DNA from: Eledone cirrhosa
Lineage: Eukaryota
Direction of reading: 5' to 3'
NCBI GenBank assembly: GCA_964016885.1
Contig: OZ024749.1
Location: 11,532,001-11,596,000, forward strand
Length of the DNA stretch: 64,000 nucleotides
The notes beneath the pieces are model-generated. The model was not told where the DNA came from. It saw only the letters and a program-made list of their open reading frames with translations, and did no database searches. Each line of letters starts with the position of its first letter. Position 1 is the stretch's first letter. The translations under genes and the position numbers were made by a program. Below are positions 1 to 13,330 of the stretch, one piece after another.

Positions 1-53
1 GAAGAAACCAACCAACAAACATCTCACTTTTACATTATGCATAGATAATAACT

Positions 54-805
54 TATCATCATCATTTTATGACTGATTTGCTGAAAGGCTCCTTTTCAGT
101 ACATCAGCTCTCTACTCTTTACAATCTTTTGTCATCTTTCCTGTGAGTTTCAGCGATTCAAGATCAGCTCTCACAACTTCTGCCCAGGTCTTCCTTGATC
201 TTCCTCTACTGGCATTACTTAGATTTCTTTTCCCAGCGATTATCATCCGTACCTATCACATGTCCATACCAGCACAGTCTTCTCTCTTTCATACAACATC
301 TAATTCTTCTTATATTCAGTTCATCCATGCTTTGCCTTTCACATATATTGACATTGCACATCCATCAAAGCATGATTGAGTCATTACTCTCCAGTCTGTG
401 CATATCTTCAGCGTTCACTGCCCATGTCTCAATACCATTCAACATCCCACTTTGTACACATGCACCATACAGCCTGCTTTTCTTTCGAAGAGAGAAGCTT
501 TTTGTTGTCAACAGAAGTATAGCTCTCTAAGCTCTTGGATCTTCTCCATTGCTAATTATATCACCAAGGTAGCAGAAGCTATCAACTACTTCTATGGAAC
601 CTTCATGTATTTGAAAAAGATGAATATCACTGAAACCCTTATTTTCCCTGAGCATATTATTCCTTTCTTGTTAGTCTGCCTGCTATCCCGCTATACCTCT
701 TTTCTACCCAAAATTTGCATTGTGTACATATCAAGCCAGGCCATTTCCCTGATGGGAAATGTCTTCTTTCCTAGTTATTAACACTTTAGTTTTTGCTAAG
801 TTCAC
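54..805 (-). mobile_element. Degenerate RTE-clade LINE 3' fragment
   Basis: Reverse complement resembles the RTE copies at 5050-6120 and 47900-48385 (e.g. [11 protein letters not shown]-like segment, short (ATG)n tail); multiple stops. Confidence 0.7.
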
Positions 806-840
806 TCAGTATTTATGAATGTAAGTTATGTTTTCACAGT

Positions 841-1010
841 CAGTATCGGACGCCATGCTTTGCAGCAAAGAGTTACGGCCCTTTATGGTCTGAGTTCAAA
901 TCCCGCCAAGGTTAACTTTGCTTTCGTCCTTACGGGGTTGATAAAATAAAGTACCAGTAATACACTGGGATAATTGCTGGCCTTGTGCCAAAAGTAGAAA
1001 CAATTATTTA
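841..1010 (+). mobile_element. SINE family B copy
   Basis: B-box-like gagttcaaatcc, then the ctttcatccttacggggtcgataaaataaagtaccag domain and (att)n tail; near-identical copies at 7240, 27160, 31207, 31915, 40645, 55941. Confidence 0.8.
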
Positions 1011-1909
1011 TTATTTACTATTTATGAGCAAGCCAAACATTTATTAACTCTTTAACATCATGTAAAGATTTAATAGTAAATATCTAAAAACAGTTTTGTT
1101 AATTTAAATGTCAGTAGTATCTTTATCTTTACTAGTGGACAGATTGTTGTGAAAATTTGCAGTATAAGAGTAAAGACTTATTTAATGTGATGCACTTATA
1201 GTGCTGTTTTATACTTCTCAAAAATGTCTTGTTAATGCGGTTTTATGTGGCACAAGATGTTAACTGTTAATGTATGCTTCACCAAATTCCTTTGAAAGTG
1301 ACATCAAAATCAAACACTATAGAAGAATTTAACTACTGATTTTCATTTGTGCTGGTGTCTCAAGATGCTTTCATATTTACTATCACAAGGCGCAGAAAGA
1401 AATGTTTTAAGTGTTTATAACATTAGCATCAACAAACTCAGTTGCAAACATTTCTTTACTTGTCACAAGGGCTAAAAACACCCAACATCATTACATCACT
1501 CCAATTTTATCTACAATTTATAGGTATGGCTGTGGTTAAGGAGTTCACTTCTGCAGTTTCCATCTACCAAATTCCCATCAAAAGGCATTCGTCAACCCTG
1601 GACTTTAGTATCTCAAGGTACCACGTAGTAGAACTGAACCCAGCGCCATCTTGTTGCTAAGCAAACTCCTTAATCACAGTCACGTTTGTGCCTATTCATT
1701 GGAAATATTTTGATTTTATTTTTTTAATATTTTATATCCAAATAATGGATGACTCCATGATTCAGGAAGCTGGAAATATGAACTGTGTGGAAATTTCAGC
1801 ATCTATGTTTATTTTATTTTATAATCTAATCAATGTTAATGAAACTTTCAGATTTAGCAAATGCATTTTTCATTTAAAAAATTCTATTGCCACATCTGGT
1901 GTTATATAA

Positions 1910-2122
1910 TTAACCCTTTAGCATTTTACATTTCTTTATATTTACTATTGTATTTTCATGGTAAACACTTTATCTCTTATAATCTCAAATCTATGAGATT
2001 TTGATATTTATTTTGAGAACATACCTTAACAAAAGTATGAGCAGCCGGTTATCGCCAGTTTGAACAGAAAGAGGTGAGAGAATTCTGGTCGGATATGGCC
2101 AGTTTAAATACTAAAGGGTTAA
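1910..2122. mobile_element. piggyBac-type MITE, family P1
   Basis: TTAA-CCCTTTAGCATT ... AATACTAAAGGG-TTAA terminal inverted repeats; relatives at 39110, 45960, 58493. Confidence 0.8.
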
Positions 2123-2156
2123 AGATATTTATCATATTCTACATATTTTGTTTCAG

Positions 2157-2237
2157 ACTGTTGTATACTTTAGCTTTCAACACTGATTTTATGAAAAGAT
2201 TATGGTTAGAATGTACTTTGCGATATTCAGTTAGTGG
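2157..2237 (+). CDS. UBE3C: UBE3C-like HECT E3 ligase, internal coding exon 1 of 14 in window (gene starts upstream of window)
   Basis: tttcag| acceptor, |gtaagt donor; translates LLYTLAFNTDFMKRLWLECTLRYSVSG, resembling the LLYSLAFNARFLRHLW segment of vertebrate UBE3C (from memory); phase matches next exon. Confidence 0.85.
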
Positions 2238-3354
2238 GTAAGTAGAAGAAAACTTCTTATTTTATCTGTTCTGTATTTTATTTACTTTTTAACTTCTCTT
2301 GGTAGAGTTGTTAGGGTGTCCTGATTAAGTATGCCAGTATTTCTTCCAGGTCACTGTGTTCTAAGTTCAAATCCCACCGAGGTTAACTTTGCCTTTCTTG
2401 TTCTCTGGGAGGAATCAATAGATATGTATGGTGATAGATTTACAGAATTGTTAACCAGTTGGACGGGTTGCTTTACAGTATCTGATCCAACTTTACACAT
2501 TCTGCGTTAAAATCTCACTTCCATCTTATGACTGGCAGATAGTATCAGCATTGGATACAGAGTTCAAATGTCACTTCCTTCTACCAAGAGTTACAACTTG
2601 TAGATAGTATTAGCAATGGAAATATAGTTTCTTTGCTCCAATCTGATGATTGGCTCTTCTCCTTTGTTTTTAACTTAACAACTTTTAGGTTAGTGTTCTG
2701 GAATCTTGGCTGTTCCAGCATATTAGCCTTGCCATCACCCGAGGCAGCGCTACGTGTGTGCTGGCTTGCCTCAAAAGTCATTAGAGAGGTCGCCCAGTAC
2801 CCCTCGCTGTTGTCTTTTGCTCTGGTGTTGGCTCGGTTGTTCACCCCTTCCTTTACATTTTCTTTACTGTTTTAAACGAGGATTTGTTTAGTTTTTTTTA
2901 GTACTGTTTGGTATTCCTTAAGTTTTCACAGTTTTTTTCCTCTCTTCTTTTATTTAAACATTGCCTTTCTCCCTTCCCCTAAACCTTTTCCTTACTTTCG
3001 TTATTTAATTTTTTTCCCTCTTTCTTTTTCTTTTTGTTATTGCAAACATTATATAACCGAATTGAAATTTGTTGAATAAATAAAAGACCCTTTCAGTACC
3101 ATATTTCTAACAAAACATACAGTCTATGTTTTTCAAGTAGTTTCAAAAATAATCATAAATTTGGAGGAATTTAATAAAATAACTAACCTGTTCATTAGTG
3201 AATGTTTGGAACATTATTTAACAAAACTTAAATAAAACTATGATGGAAGATTTTACTATAAGGATAAACATTTCAATCAGTGGTGGTCTCAGGCAGGCTG
3301 GTATTGTTACCATAGTTCTAATGAAATATACTGCCTATGATTTTGAAATAATTT

Positions 3355-3950
3355 TGAAATTAATCAAGAATTTGACATGGTGTTACTTAACTCGATAGAA
3401 GGTGATCTCCGACTTGCACTTGATAAGTTTGATGCTGAGTTCTGCATGGCTGAAATGAAAATCAGTGCTGCAAAAACTGAGACACTCGTCCTCTCAAGGA
3501 AGCCTGTGCAGTGCACTCTACATGTAAATGGAGTTCTACTGAAGCAGATATAGAAGTTCCTTCCATGCTTTCAACACGACTGATGAAAGGCAGGAGGCTA
3601 AATTAAGTGCAAGAATTCCAGGAGCTGCTGCAGTAATGCGCCAGCTTCAGTATTCAGTAATCAGAAAAATAGAGGAAGGTGTAAAAGCCAAACTCGCTGT
3701 CTTCAATTCGGTTTTCATGCCAACCATTATCTATGGTCATGCCCGAAAGAATACAAGCGGCTGAAATGGGGTTCCTTTGAAGGGTCTTTGGAGTAACATT
3801 ACTCAATAGAGTGCGTAGCTCCTAGTTCAGAGAGTCACTCCAGTTAGAGCCGCTACTTCTCCGAATTGAGAGATCACACTGTTGCTTCTGACAGAACCCA
3901 CTGGAAGGATTGTTTGAGGACTCTGCCCCCACAGCCCTCTCAGGAATAAG
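3355..3950 (+). mobile_element. Degenerate RTE-like LINE fragment (RT C-terminal region)
   Basis: Broken frames read DLRLALDKFDAEFCMAEMKISAAKTETLVLSRKP..., then K-AVFNSVFMPTIIYGH and IQAAEMGFL, typical of RTE RT C-termini. Confidence 0.7.
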
Positions 3951-4111
3951 TGGGAGAAGAAGTAGTAATAGTAGTAGTAGTAGTAAAGAATTTGGAAAGA
4001 TTTGATAATATGGATGGTAAGTTTATTTTTATAGATAAATATAAACATTTAAAAATAAACAGTTTCAGGCAATTTTGTATGAAAGAGTTAAGGCTGATTT
4101 ATTATTTTCAG

Positions 4112-4266
4112 AACAAAAACTTTTCTCATCCAAGAACTAGCCCATGGCCAATCTTTAACTGATAGTAATATTCAAGAGATTGTCCCTTTGCTATCTGTGT
4201 TCTGTGCTGCATTCAGCCATTCTCTCCACACACTACATGATGCAGAGTTTTATGGGGATAACAAAG
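4112..4266 (+). CDS. UBE3C: UBE3C-like coding exon 2
   Basis: ttttcag| ... |gtaaga; TKTFLIQELAHGQSLTDSNIQEIVPLLSVFCAAFSHSLHTLHDAEFYGDNK, compare UBE3C IIPLFYLFSSLFSHSLISIHDNEFFGD. Confidence 0.9.
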
Positions 4267-4661
4267 GTAAGAATTTACTCACCTAACAAACTTAGGATTT
4301 AATAGTTTTCAAAATATTTATTTCTTTTTTCTTTTTTATATTCTGCAAATTTTGGTTGCTTTTAAAATATTTTTGTATTTGGAAACACTGTTGAAACTTG
4401 TATTACATTCTTTATTTGACATTAGGAAGGGCATCCAGCCTTAAAAACTATGCCAAGAATGGAACATATGAGTTTGATGTCACCTGACCAGTCTAGCCTC
4501 AGAAGGTGGTAACCTTTCCAACCCATGCTAGCATGGAAAATAGCTGTTAAATGATGATGATGATGATGATGATATATGTGTGCGTAGATATCTATACATA
4601 TATGTATATATATGTATATATCATCATCAACATCATCATTTAATGTCCATTTTACATGCTA

Positions 4662-4701
<40 letters not shown>

Positions 4702-4705
<4 letters not shown>

Positions 4706-5047
4706 GGCACATGGCTTAGTGGTTAGAGCATTGGCCTTTTGGCCTTGCAATCGAAAGGTTGTGAGTTCAATTCTCAGACCGAGTGATGTGTTGTTTCCTT
4801 GAGCAAGATACTTTATTTCACATTGCTCCAGTTTACTCAGCTATAGAAATGATAGGGACTGGGGTCCCTATCATTCCACTGCAAAGTGGTCGTGGAGGTG
4901 CCACGGCAAAAATGCACCCAGCACTCACTGTAAATGAGGTTGGTGTTAGGAAGGGCATCCAGCTGTAGAAATCAAGCCAGAATCAGTTCCCGTCCCACCC
5001 TTGCAAGCAGGGAAAAGCGGACATAAAATGATGATGATGATGATGAT
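4702..5047 (+). mobile_element. tRNA-derived SINE family A with RTE-derived 3' tail
   Basis: A-box tggcttagtgg, B-box-like gagttcaattc, ccttgagcaag domain, aggaagggcatccagc domain, tail gcaagcagggaaaagcggacataaaa(tga)n. Confidence 0.85.
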
Positions 5048-5049
5048 AT

Positions 5050-6125
5050 ACAAGTAGGAGTACATCAGGTTTCTGTCCTCAGCCCACTCTTGTTCATTAT
5101 AGTCCTCCAAGCCATAACAGAGGAGTTTAAGATTGGCTGCCCATGGAAACTTCTCTATGCTGATGATCTGGTACTTATAGCAGAATCAGTAGAGGAGGCT
5201 AGAGAATAAATTCTGGCTATCGAAACAGTAACTGGAATCAAGAGGACTGAGAGGGAACCTCATGAAGACAAATGTGTTGATAAGTAGAAGAGAGGACAAA
5301 ACTCTGATTCCATCAGGGAAATGGCCATGTTCAATATGTAGGAAAGGAGTTGGCATAAATTCTATAAAATGTACACAATGCAGATGTAGTGGTATAGCAG
5401 GCAAGCTGACAGGTAGGGAAAACTATATATGCAGTAGATGTACAGGGAAATTTGACAGAAGAAGTCGCAGTGATAGACACATTTTTCAAATGCGGGTAGG
5501 ACCTATAGAGGTGGTTGATAGCTTCCGATACCTAGGTGATCAGATTAGTAAGGGAGGAGAGTGTTCTGAGGCCATAGTATCCAGAATAAGGATGGGTTGG
5601 AAGAAATTTAGGGAGCTGTTTCCTCTGTTGACAAAGAAGGGTTTCTCCCTACAAACGAAAGTCTAGTTACATGATGCCTGTGTGAGATGCGTGATGCTGC
5701 ATGGTAGTGAGACATGGGCAGCAACTGTGGAAGATATGTGATGGCTGGAGAGAAATGAAGCAAGCATGTTCCGTTGGATGTGCAGTGTCAATGTGCGTGA
5801 ATGACCAAGCATAGACGAGTTGAGAGAGAAACTGTGTATAAGAGGGATAAGTTGTAGTGTGTGGGAGAGAAGACTGAGATGATATGGACATGTGGTGTGC
5901 ATCGAGGATGACCGTTTGGTAAAGAAGTGCCAAGAAATCCCAGTAGAAGGAAGACCACCAAAAACATGGGCGGAGGTGGTGAGAGCAGATCTCAGATCGT
6001 TGAAGCTCACGGAGGAGATGACAAAGGACCGTGATGAATGGAGAGATGCCATGCTTAATAAGACCTGTTCCACCCCTTGCAAGCAAGGAAAAGCAGACGT
6101 TAAATGATGATGATGATGATGATAT
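5050..6125 (+). mobile_element. 5'-truncated RTE LINE (RT YADD motif through 3' end)
   Basis: VHQxSVLSPLLFIIVLQAITEEFK, LLYADDLVLIAES, CCHC-like [21 protein letters not shown]; ends in (tga)n; stops and frameshifts present. Confidence 0.9.
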
Positions 6126-6677
6126 ATATATATATCAGTAAGGGAGGAGAGTGCGGTGCCCAGCATGGCCTCAGCCGGATGGCTGAAACAGGTAAAAGAG
6201 TATATAATGATAATAATAATTAGGGAACAAAGAATCAGTATTGCATCATATACATATTTAATCACATATTACATATGTTTCACTGCCAATCAGCTCGAGG
6301 AACGATCAATTATGTCCGTACCTCTGGAATCAAAAGCTCCTCAGATATGTGCTTTCACATGTAGATGCACGTGTAGAGGGTTATTATTTTGTCTGGACAT
6401 CTATTGTTGTCAGTGTAGAGGCTGATAGACTCTAGTTGGACAGGAAGCCACCAGATATAAAGGCAGACCTTATTAAGATGTTATATTGAGGAAGTTGTCC
6501 TACTTTGTGTGAACAAGAGGGCAAGTGTAGTCATTAGTCCATCGTTATTCTCATTATAATCTAGCTTATAGGATTAGTTGTTTGGAGATAATTTATTACC
6601 TAGGATTCTTTTAATCCTGTTTGTTTTTTGTTTAAATTTTTCTTATTTTAATATTATTTTATTTTATTCTATTTCAG

Positions 6678-6913
6678 TGGAATTCAGTGATGGTTGTGTG
6701 GAAAAATTTACCTGTATGCCTTTCTCTCTTTCTGAACTTGTGCCAATGAGTTTAACATTGTGTGATATATGTTTAGGTATTATTGAACTGGCAAGCCCAG
6801 AATCCAAAGTGTTTTTAAATAAAGATTATCACCAAGCATTTCGTAAAATCGGAATTCAAGCTGCTAAAGAACAGGATTTACTTAAGACACAAGTCTGGCG
6901 ACATTTATTTAAA
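6678..6913 (+). CDS. UBE3C: UBE3C-like coding exon 3
   Basis: atttcag| ... |gtaagt; lies in ORF 6578..6961: MPFSLSELVPMSLTLCDICLGIIELASPE...WRHLFK, compare UBE3C MPFTLEELIMLSRCLRDACLGIIKLAYPE. Confidence 0.92.
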
Positions 6914-7239
6914 GTAAGTTATTATTTATTCTGTCACTTCTTGTATTTGATATATCTGTGATTATATCTGTTAAAGTCTATCACAAGCCTAGAGTCTCAT
7001 CAGGCCAGAGCTTATCTCAGTTTCAATGGTGTTAAGTGACTGAAAGAATAAGATGGACACTAGCCCATCACGGAGGTTAACTGCCCAACTGCTGCTGGTA
7101 CTCATTCTTGTTCCAACCAAGTGGACTGAAGTAATGTGGCTTTAACACTTTTGTTATCAAACTGTCTGAACTCATACCTGATTCTACAATACAAAACTTT
7201 TTGTTTTAAAGTGTTTATATAGTATTATATTATAATTAT

Positions 7240-7432
7240 AAGGGCAGTGGATTGGCAGTATCGGTAGAGGGTCGGACGCCATGCTTTGCAGCAAAGAGTT
7301 ACGGCCCTTTATGGTCTGAGTTCAAATCCCGCCGAGGTTAACTTTGCCTTTCATCCTTATGGCCTCGATAAAATAAAGTACCAGTAATGTACTGGGTAAT
7401 TGCTGGCCTTGTGCCAAAAGTAGAAACAATTA
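7240..7432 (+). mobile_element. SINE family B copy, inserted in a MITE
   Basis: Full-length match to the 55941-56140 copy. Confidence 0.8.
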
Positions 7433-8214
7433 TATTATAATTTTATGTAAAAACCTTTAAGCTATGTTCCAAATACCAGCTTAATGAGAAAGTTATATTA
7501 TATAAATCCTTCAATATAACCCATGAAACTGCCCCATTTTCTACAATACAAAACTGTTTTAAAGTGTTTCTATTTATCTAAGAACTTTCCATCTTTATAC
7601 AAGAACCTTTGTTACTTTAAGCTAGAAACACCAGCTTAATATGAAAAAGTTATATCATTAAATCCTTCCAAATTCTTAATTATTTGAAAATAATAGGCAG
7701 TGTCTTTTATTAGAAATATGGTAACGAAAGGGATAAGTCACTTGCTTAAGGAGACAATGTGCTGCTTGGTCTAGGAATTGCACTCACCACCTTATAATCA
7801 TGAGTCCAGTACTCTGAACATTAAGCCATGCACCTTCACTGTCAATATATATATAATCTGTATTTTTTGTTTCCAAATACAGTAAAAAAATTACTGTATA
7901 CACTCATTCACCTGTGTTTATAATATTTTGTTTTCAGTCTTTTACTCCTACATAAACTGTTTAGTATCACAGAACCTGGAGTGGTTTGGTGTAACAAAAT
8001 GTTAAAATGGCCTTGAAATGTTTGTTGATGTGTTGTCTAATTTAGTCATTAGTAAAGTGTGGTAGATTGGCAGTATTAGTAGAGCAACAGACAAAATGCT
8101 TTGCTGTATTTAGTTACAACTTTCTATATTCTGAGTTCAAATCCGGCCGAGATCAATTTTGCCTTTCGTCTTTCCAGGGGATCAATAAAATAAATTACCC
8201 GTTCAGTTCTAAAA

Positions 8215-8465
8215 AAAAGTCTGTTTGGAGATTAAAGGTTCATCAAGGCAATGCTTATCCAGGTTACTGTGGCATTAAGTGACTGAAAGTTCAGGACTCC
8301 CTCCTGGACAGGACACCAGTCCATGTCAGGGTTAAACCCCCAGCTATTACTGGTACTCATTTTCAGCTGAGTATACTGCAGCAACGTGAACTGAAGTGTT
8401 TTGCTCAAGAACACAACATACAACCCAGTCCAGGAATTGAACCCACAATATTCTGATTGTTAGTT
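8215..8465 (-). mobile_element. tRNA-derived SINE family C copy
   Basis: Reverse complement of the 40341-40611 element (ttcttgagcaaaacacttca ... ggactggtgtcctgtccagg). Confidence 0.75.
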
Positions 8466-8519
8466 AAGTACTGGGGTCAATATAATCAACCTGCCCTTTT
8501 CTCCAAATTGCTGGTCTTG

Positions 8520-11500
8520 TACTAATGTTAGTATTTAGTCACCAGTACCAATGTTAGTATTAGTCATCAGTACCAATGTTAGTATTAGTCATCAGTACCA
8601 ATGTTAGTATTTAGTCATCAGTACCAATGTTAGTATTAGTCATCAGTACCAATGTTAGTATTAGTCATCAGTACCAATATTAGTATTAGTCATCAGTACC
8701 AATGTTAGTATTAGTCATCAGTACCAATATTAGTATTAGTCATCAGTACTAATGTTAGTATTTAGTCATCAGTACTAATGTTAGTATTTAGTCATCAGTA
8801 CCAATATTAGTATTAGTCATCAGTACCAATGTTAGTATTAGTCATCAGTACCAATATTAGTATTAGTCATCAGTACCAATATTAGTATTAGTCATCAGTA
8901 CCAATGTTAGTATTAGTCATCAGTACCAATATTAGTATTAATCATCAGTACCAATGTTAGTATTTAGTCATCAGTACTAACGTTAGTATTTAGTCATCAG
9001 TACCAATATTAGTATTAGTCATCAGTACCAATGTTAGTATTAGTCACCAGTATCAATGTTAGTATTAGTCATCAGTACCAATGTTAGTATTAGTCATCAG
9101 TACCAATATTAGTATTAGTCATCAGTACCAATGTTAGTATTAGTCATCAGTACCAATATTAGTATTAATCATCAGTACCAATGTTAGTATTTAGTCATCA
9201 GTACTAACGTTAGTATTTAGTCATCAGTACCAATATTAGTATTAGTCATCAGTACCAATGTTAGTATTAGTCATCAGTACCAATATTAGTATTAGTCATC
9301 AGTACTAATGTTAGTATTTAGTCATCAGTACTAATGTTAGTATTTAGTCATCAGTACCAATGTTAGTATTAGTCACCAGTATCAATGTTAGTATTAGTCA
9401 CCAGTATCAATGTTAGTATTAGTCATCAGTACCAATGTTAGTATTAGTCACCAGTACCAATGATAGTATTAGTCACCAGTACCAATGTTAGTATTAGTCA
9501 CCAGTACCAATGTTAGTATTAGTCATCAGTACCAATGTTAGTATTAGTCACCAGTACCAATGTTAGTATTAGTCACCAGTACCAATGTTAATATTAGTCA
9601 CCAGTACCAATGTTAGTATTTAGTCACCAGTACCAATATTAGTATTAATCATCAGTACCAATGTTAGTATTAGTCATCAGTACCAATGTTAGTATTAGTC
9701 ACCAGTACCAATGTTAGTATTAGTCACCAGTACCAATGTTAGTATTTAGTCATCAGTACCAATGTTAGTATTAGTCACCAGTATCAATGTTAGTATTAGT
9801 CATCAGTACCAATGTTAGTATTAGTCACCAGTACCAATGTTAGTATTAGTCATCAGTACCAATGTTAGTATTAGTCATCAGTACTAATGTTAGTATTAGT
9901 CATCAGTACCAATGTTAGTATTAGTCATCAGTACCAATGTTAGTATTAGTCACCAGTACCAATGTTAATATTAGTCACCAGTACCAATGTTAGTATTTAG
10001 TCATCAGTACCAATGTTAGTATTAGTCATCAGTACCAATGTTAGTATTAGTCATCAGTACCAATGTTAGTATTAGTCATCAGTACTAATGTTAGTATTTA
10101 GTCATCAGTACCAATGTTAGTATTAGTCATCAATACCAATGTTAGTATTAGTCACCAGTACCAATGTTAGTATTAGTCACCAGTACCAATGTTAGTATTT
10201 AGTCATCAGTACCAATGTTAGTATTAGTCACCAGTATCAATGTTAGTATTAGTCATCAGTACCAATGTTAGTATTAGTCACCAGTACCAATGTTAGTATT
10301 AGTCATCAGTACCAATGTTAGTATTAGTCATCAGTACTAATGTTAGTATTAGTCATCAGTACCAATGTTAGTATTAGTCATCAGTACCAATGTTAGTATT
10401 AGTCACCAGTACCAATGTTAATATTAGTCACCAGTACCAATGTTAGTATTTAGTCATCAGTACCAATGTTAGTATTAGTCATCAGTACCAATGTTAGTAT
10501 TAGTCATCAGTACCAATGTTAGTATTAGTCATCAGTACTAATGTTAGTATTTAGTCATCAGTACCAATGTTAGTATTAGTCATCAATACCAATGTTAGTA
10601 TTAGTCACCAGTACCAATGTTAGTATTAGTCACCAGTACCAATGTTAGTATTTAGTCATCAGTACCAATGTTAGTATTAGTCACCAGTACCAATGTTAGT
10701 ATTTAGTCACCAGTACCAATGTTAGTATTAGTCACCAGTACCAATGTTAGTATTAGTCATCAGTACCAATGTTAGTATTAGTCATCAGTACCAATGTTAG
10801 TATTAGTCACCAGTACCAATGTTAGTATTAGTCACCAGTACCAATGTTAGTATTAGTCATCAGTACCAATGTTAGTATTAGTCACCAGTACCAATGTTAG
10901 TATTAGTCGCCAGTACCAATGTTAGTATTAGTCATCAGTACCAATGTTAGTATTAGTCACCAGTACCAATGTTAGTATTTAGTCACCAGTACCAATGTTA
11001 GTATTTAGTCACCAGTACCAATGTTAGTATTAGTTACCAGTACCAATGTTAGTATTTAGTCACCGGTACCAATGTTAGTATTTAGTCATCAGTACCAATG
11101 TTAGTATTAGTCATCAGTACCAATGTTAGTATTTAGTCACCGGTACCAATGTTAGTATTAGTCATCAGTACCAATGTTAGTATTAGTCATCAGTACCAAT
11201 GTTAGTATTAGTCATCAGTACCAATGTTAGTATTAGTCACCAGTACCAATGTTAGTATTAGTCATCAGTACCAATGTTAGTATTAGTCACCAGTACCAAT
11301 GTTAGTATTAGTCATCAGTACTAATGTTAGTATTTAGTCATCAGTACCAATGTTAGTATTAGTCATCAGTACCAATGTTAGTATTAGTCACCAGTACCAA
11401 TGTTAGTATTAGTCATCAGTACCAATGTTAGTATTAGTCACCAGTACCAATGTTAGTATTTATTCACCGGTACCAATGTTAGTATTAGTCATCAGTACCA

Positions 11501-12792
11501 ATGTTAGTATTAGTCACCAGTACCAATGTTAGTATTAGTCACCAGTACCAATGTTAGTATTAGTCATCAGTACCAATGTTAGTATTAGTCATCAGTACCA
11601 ATGTTAGTATTAGTCATCAGTACCAATGTTAGTATGTCATCAGTACAAATGTTAGTATTAGTCACCAGTACCAATGTTAGTATTAGTCACCAGTACCAAT
11701 GTTAGTATTAGTCACCAGTACCAATGTTAGTATTAGTCACCAGTACCAATGTTAGTATTAGTCACCAGTACCAATGTTACTATTAGTCACCAGTACCAAT
11801 GTTAGTATTAGTCACCAGTACCAATGTTAATATTAGTCACCAGTACCAATGTTAGTATTTAGTCATCAGTACCAATGTTAGTATTAGTCATCAGTACCAA
11901 TGTTAGTATTAGTCACCAGTACCAATGTTAGTATTAGTCACCAGTACCAATGTTAGTATTAGTCACCAGTACCAATGTTAGTATTAGTCACCAGTACCAA
12001 TGTTAGTATTAGTCACCAGTACCAATGTTAGTATTAGTCACCAGTACCAATGTTAGTATTTAGTCACCAGTACCAATGTTAGTATTTAGTCACCAGTACC
12101 AATGTTAGTATTAGTCACCAGTACCAATGTTAGTATTAGTCATCAGTACCAATGTTAGTATTAGTCACCAGTACCAATGTTAGTATTAGTCACCAGTACC
12201 AATGTTAGTATTAGTCACCAGTACCAATGTTAGTATTAGTCACCAGTACCAATGTTAGTATTAGTCATCAGTACCAATGTTAGTATTAGTCATCAGTACC
12301 AATGTTAGTATTAGTCACCAGTACCAATGTTAGTATTAGTCACCAGTACCAATGTTAGTATTAGTCACCAGTACCAATGTTAGTATTAGTCACCAGTACC
12401 AATGTTAGTATTTAGTCACCAGTACCAATGTTAGTATTTAGTCACCAGTACCAATGTTAGTATTTAGTCACCAGTACCAATGTTAATCTTAGTCACCAGT
12501 ACCAATGTTAGTATTTAGTCACCAGTACCAATGTTAGTATTAGTCACCAGTACCAATGTTAGTATTAGTCACCAGTACCAATGTTAGTATTAGTCACCAG
12601 TACCAATGTTAGTATTAGTCACCAGTACCAATGTTAGTATTAGTCACCAGTACCAATGTTAGTATTTAGTCACCAGTACCAATGTTAGTATTAGTCACCA
12701 GTACCAATGTTAGTATTAGTCACCAGTACCAATGTTAGTATTAGTCACCAGTACCAATGTTAGTATTAGTCACCAGTACCAATGTTAGTATT
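8520..12792. repeat. Intronic 25/26-bp minisatellite (agtaccaatgttagtattagtcayc)n, about 170 copies
   Basis: Directly visible tandem array of about 4.3 kb ending 50 bp upstream of exon 4. Confidence 0.98.
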
Positions 12793-12841
12793 ATTTAAGA
12801 CAGTTATTAGTATTAAACTTTACTTTTCTTCCTCTTCACAG

Positions 12842-12946
12842 TCAATCTCTACACTAGTAAAACAGCTGCATTCAAGGGATACACGGCGTCAGTTCTGCCC
12901 TACAAACCATTGGTTGGCTGATCGTATACACATACGTACTGATAAG
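12842..12946 (+). CDS. UBE3C: UBE3C-like coding exon 4
   Basis: polypyrimidine tract + cacag|, |gtaacg; SISTLVKQLHSRDTRRQFCPTNHWLADRIHIRTDK with the conserved RDTRRxFCPxNHWL motif. Confidence 0.93.
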
Positions 12947-13330
12947 GTAACGCTGATTTATGCTAATTTCTATAGTGGCTTCTCAATACCTGTGTATAAG
13001 GTAACGCTGATTTATGCTAATTTCTATAGTGGCTTCTCAATACCTGTGTATAAGGTAACGCTGATTTATGCTAATTTCTATAGTGGCTTCTCAAAACCTG
13101 TGTATAAGGTAACGCTGATTTATGCTAATTTCTATAGTGGCTTCTCAATACCTGTGTATAAGGTAACGCTGATTTATGCTAATTTCTATAGTGGCTTCTC
13201 AATACCTGTGTATAAGGTAACGCTGATTTATGCTAATTTCTGTAGTGGCTTCTCAATACCTGTATATAAGGTAACGCTGATTTATGCTAATTTCTATAGT
13301 GGCTTCTCAATACCTGTATATAAGGTAGCT
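12947..13330. repeat. 54-bp tandem repeat, 7 copies, each recreating the exon 4 donor site
   Basis: Unit gtaacgctgatttatgctaatttctatagtggcttctcaatacctgtgtataag; GT at 12947, 13001, 13055, 13109, 13163, 13217, 13271, 13325. Confidence 0.97.

Noticed and set aside
4702-4785. tRNA-like sequences here and at 40341 and 51961
   Set aside because: They have A and B boxes but no complete cloverleaf, and they continue into repeated SINE bodies; these are SINE heads rather than tRNA genes.
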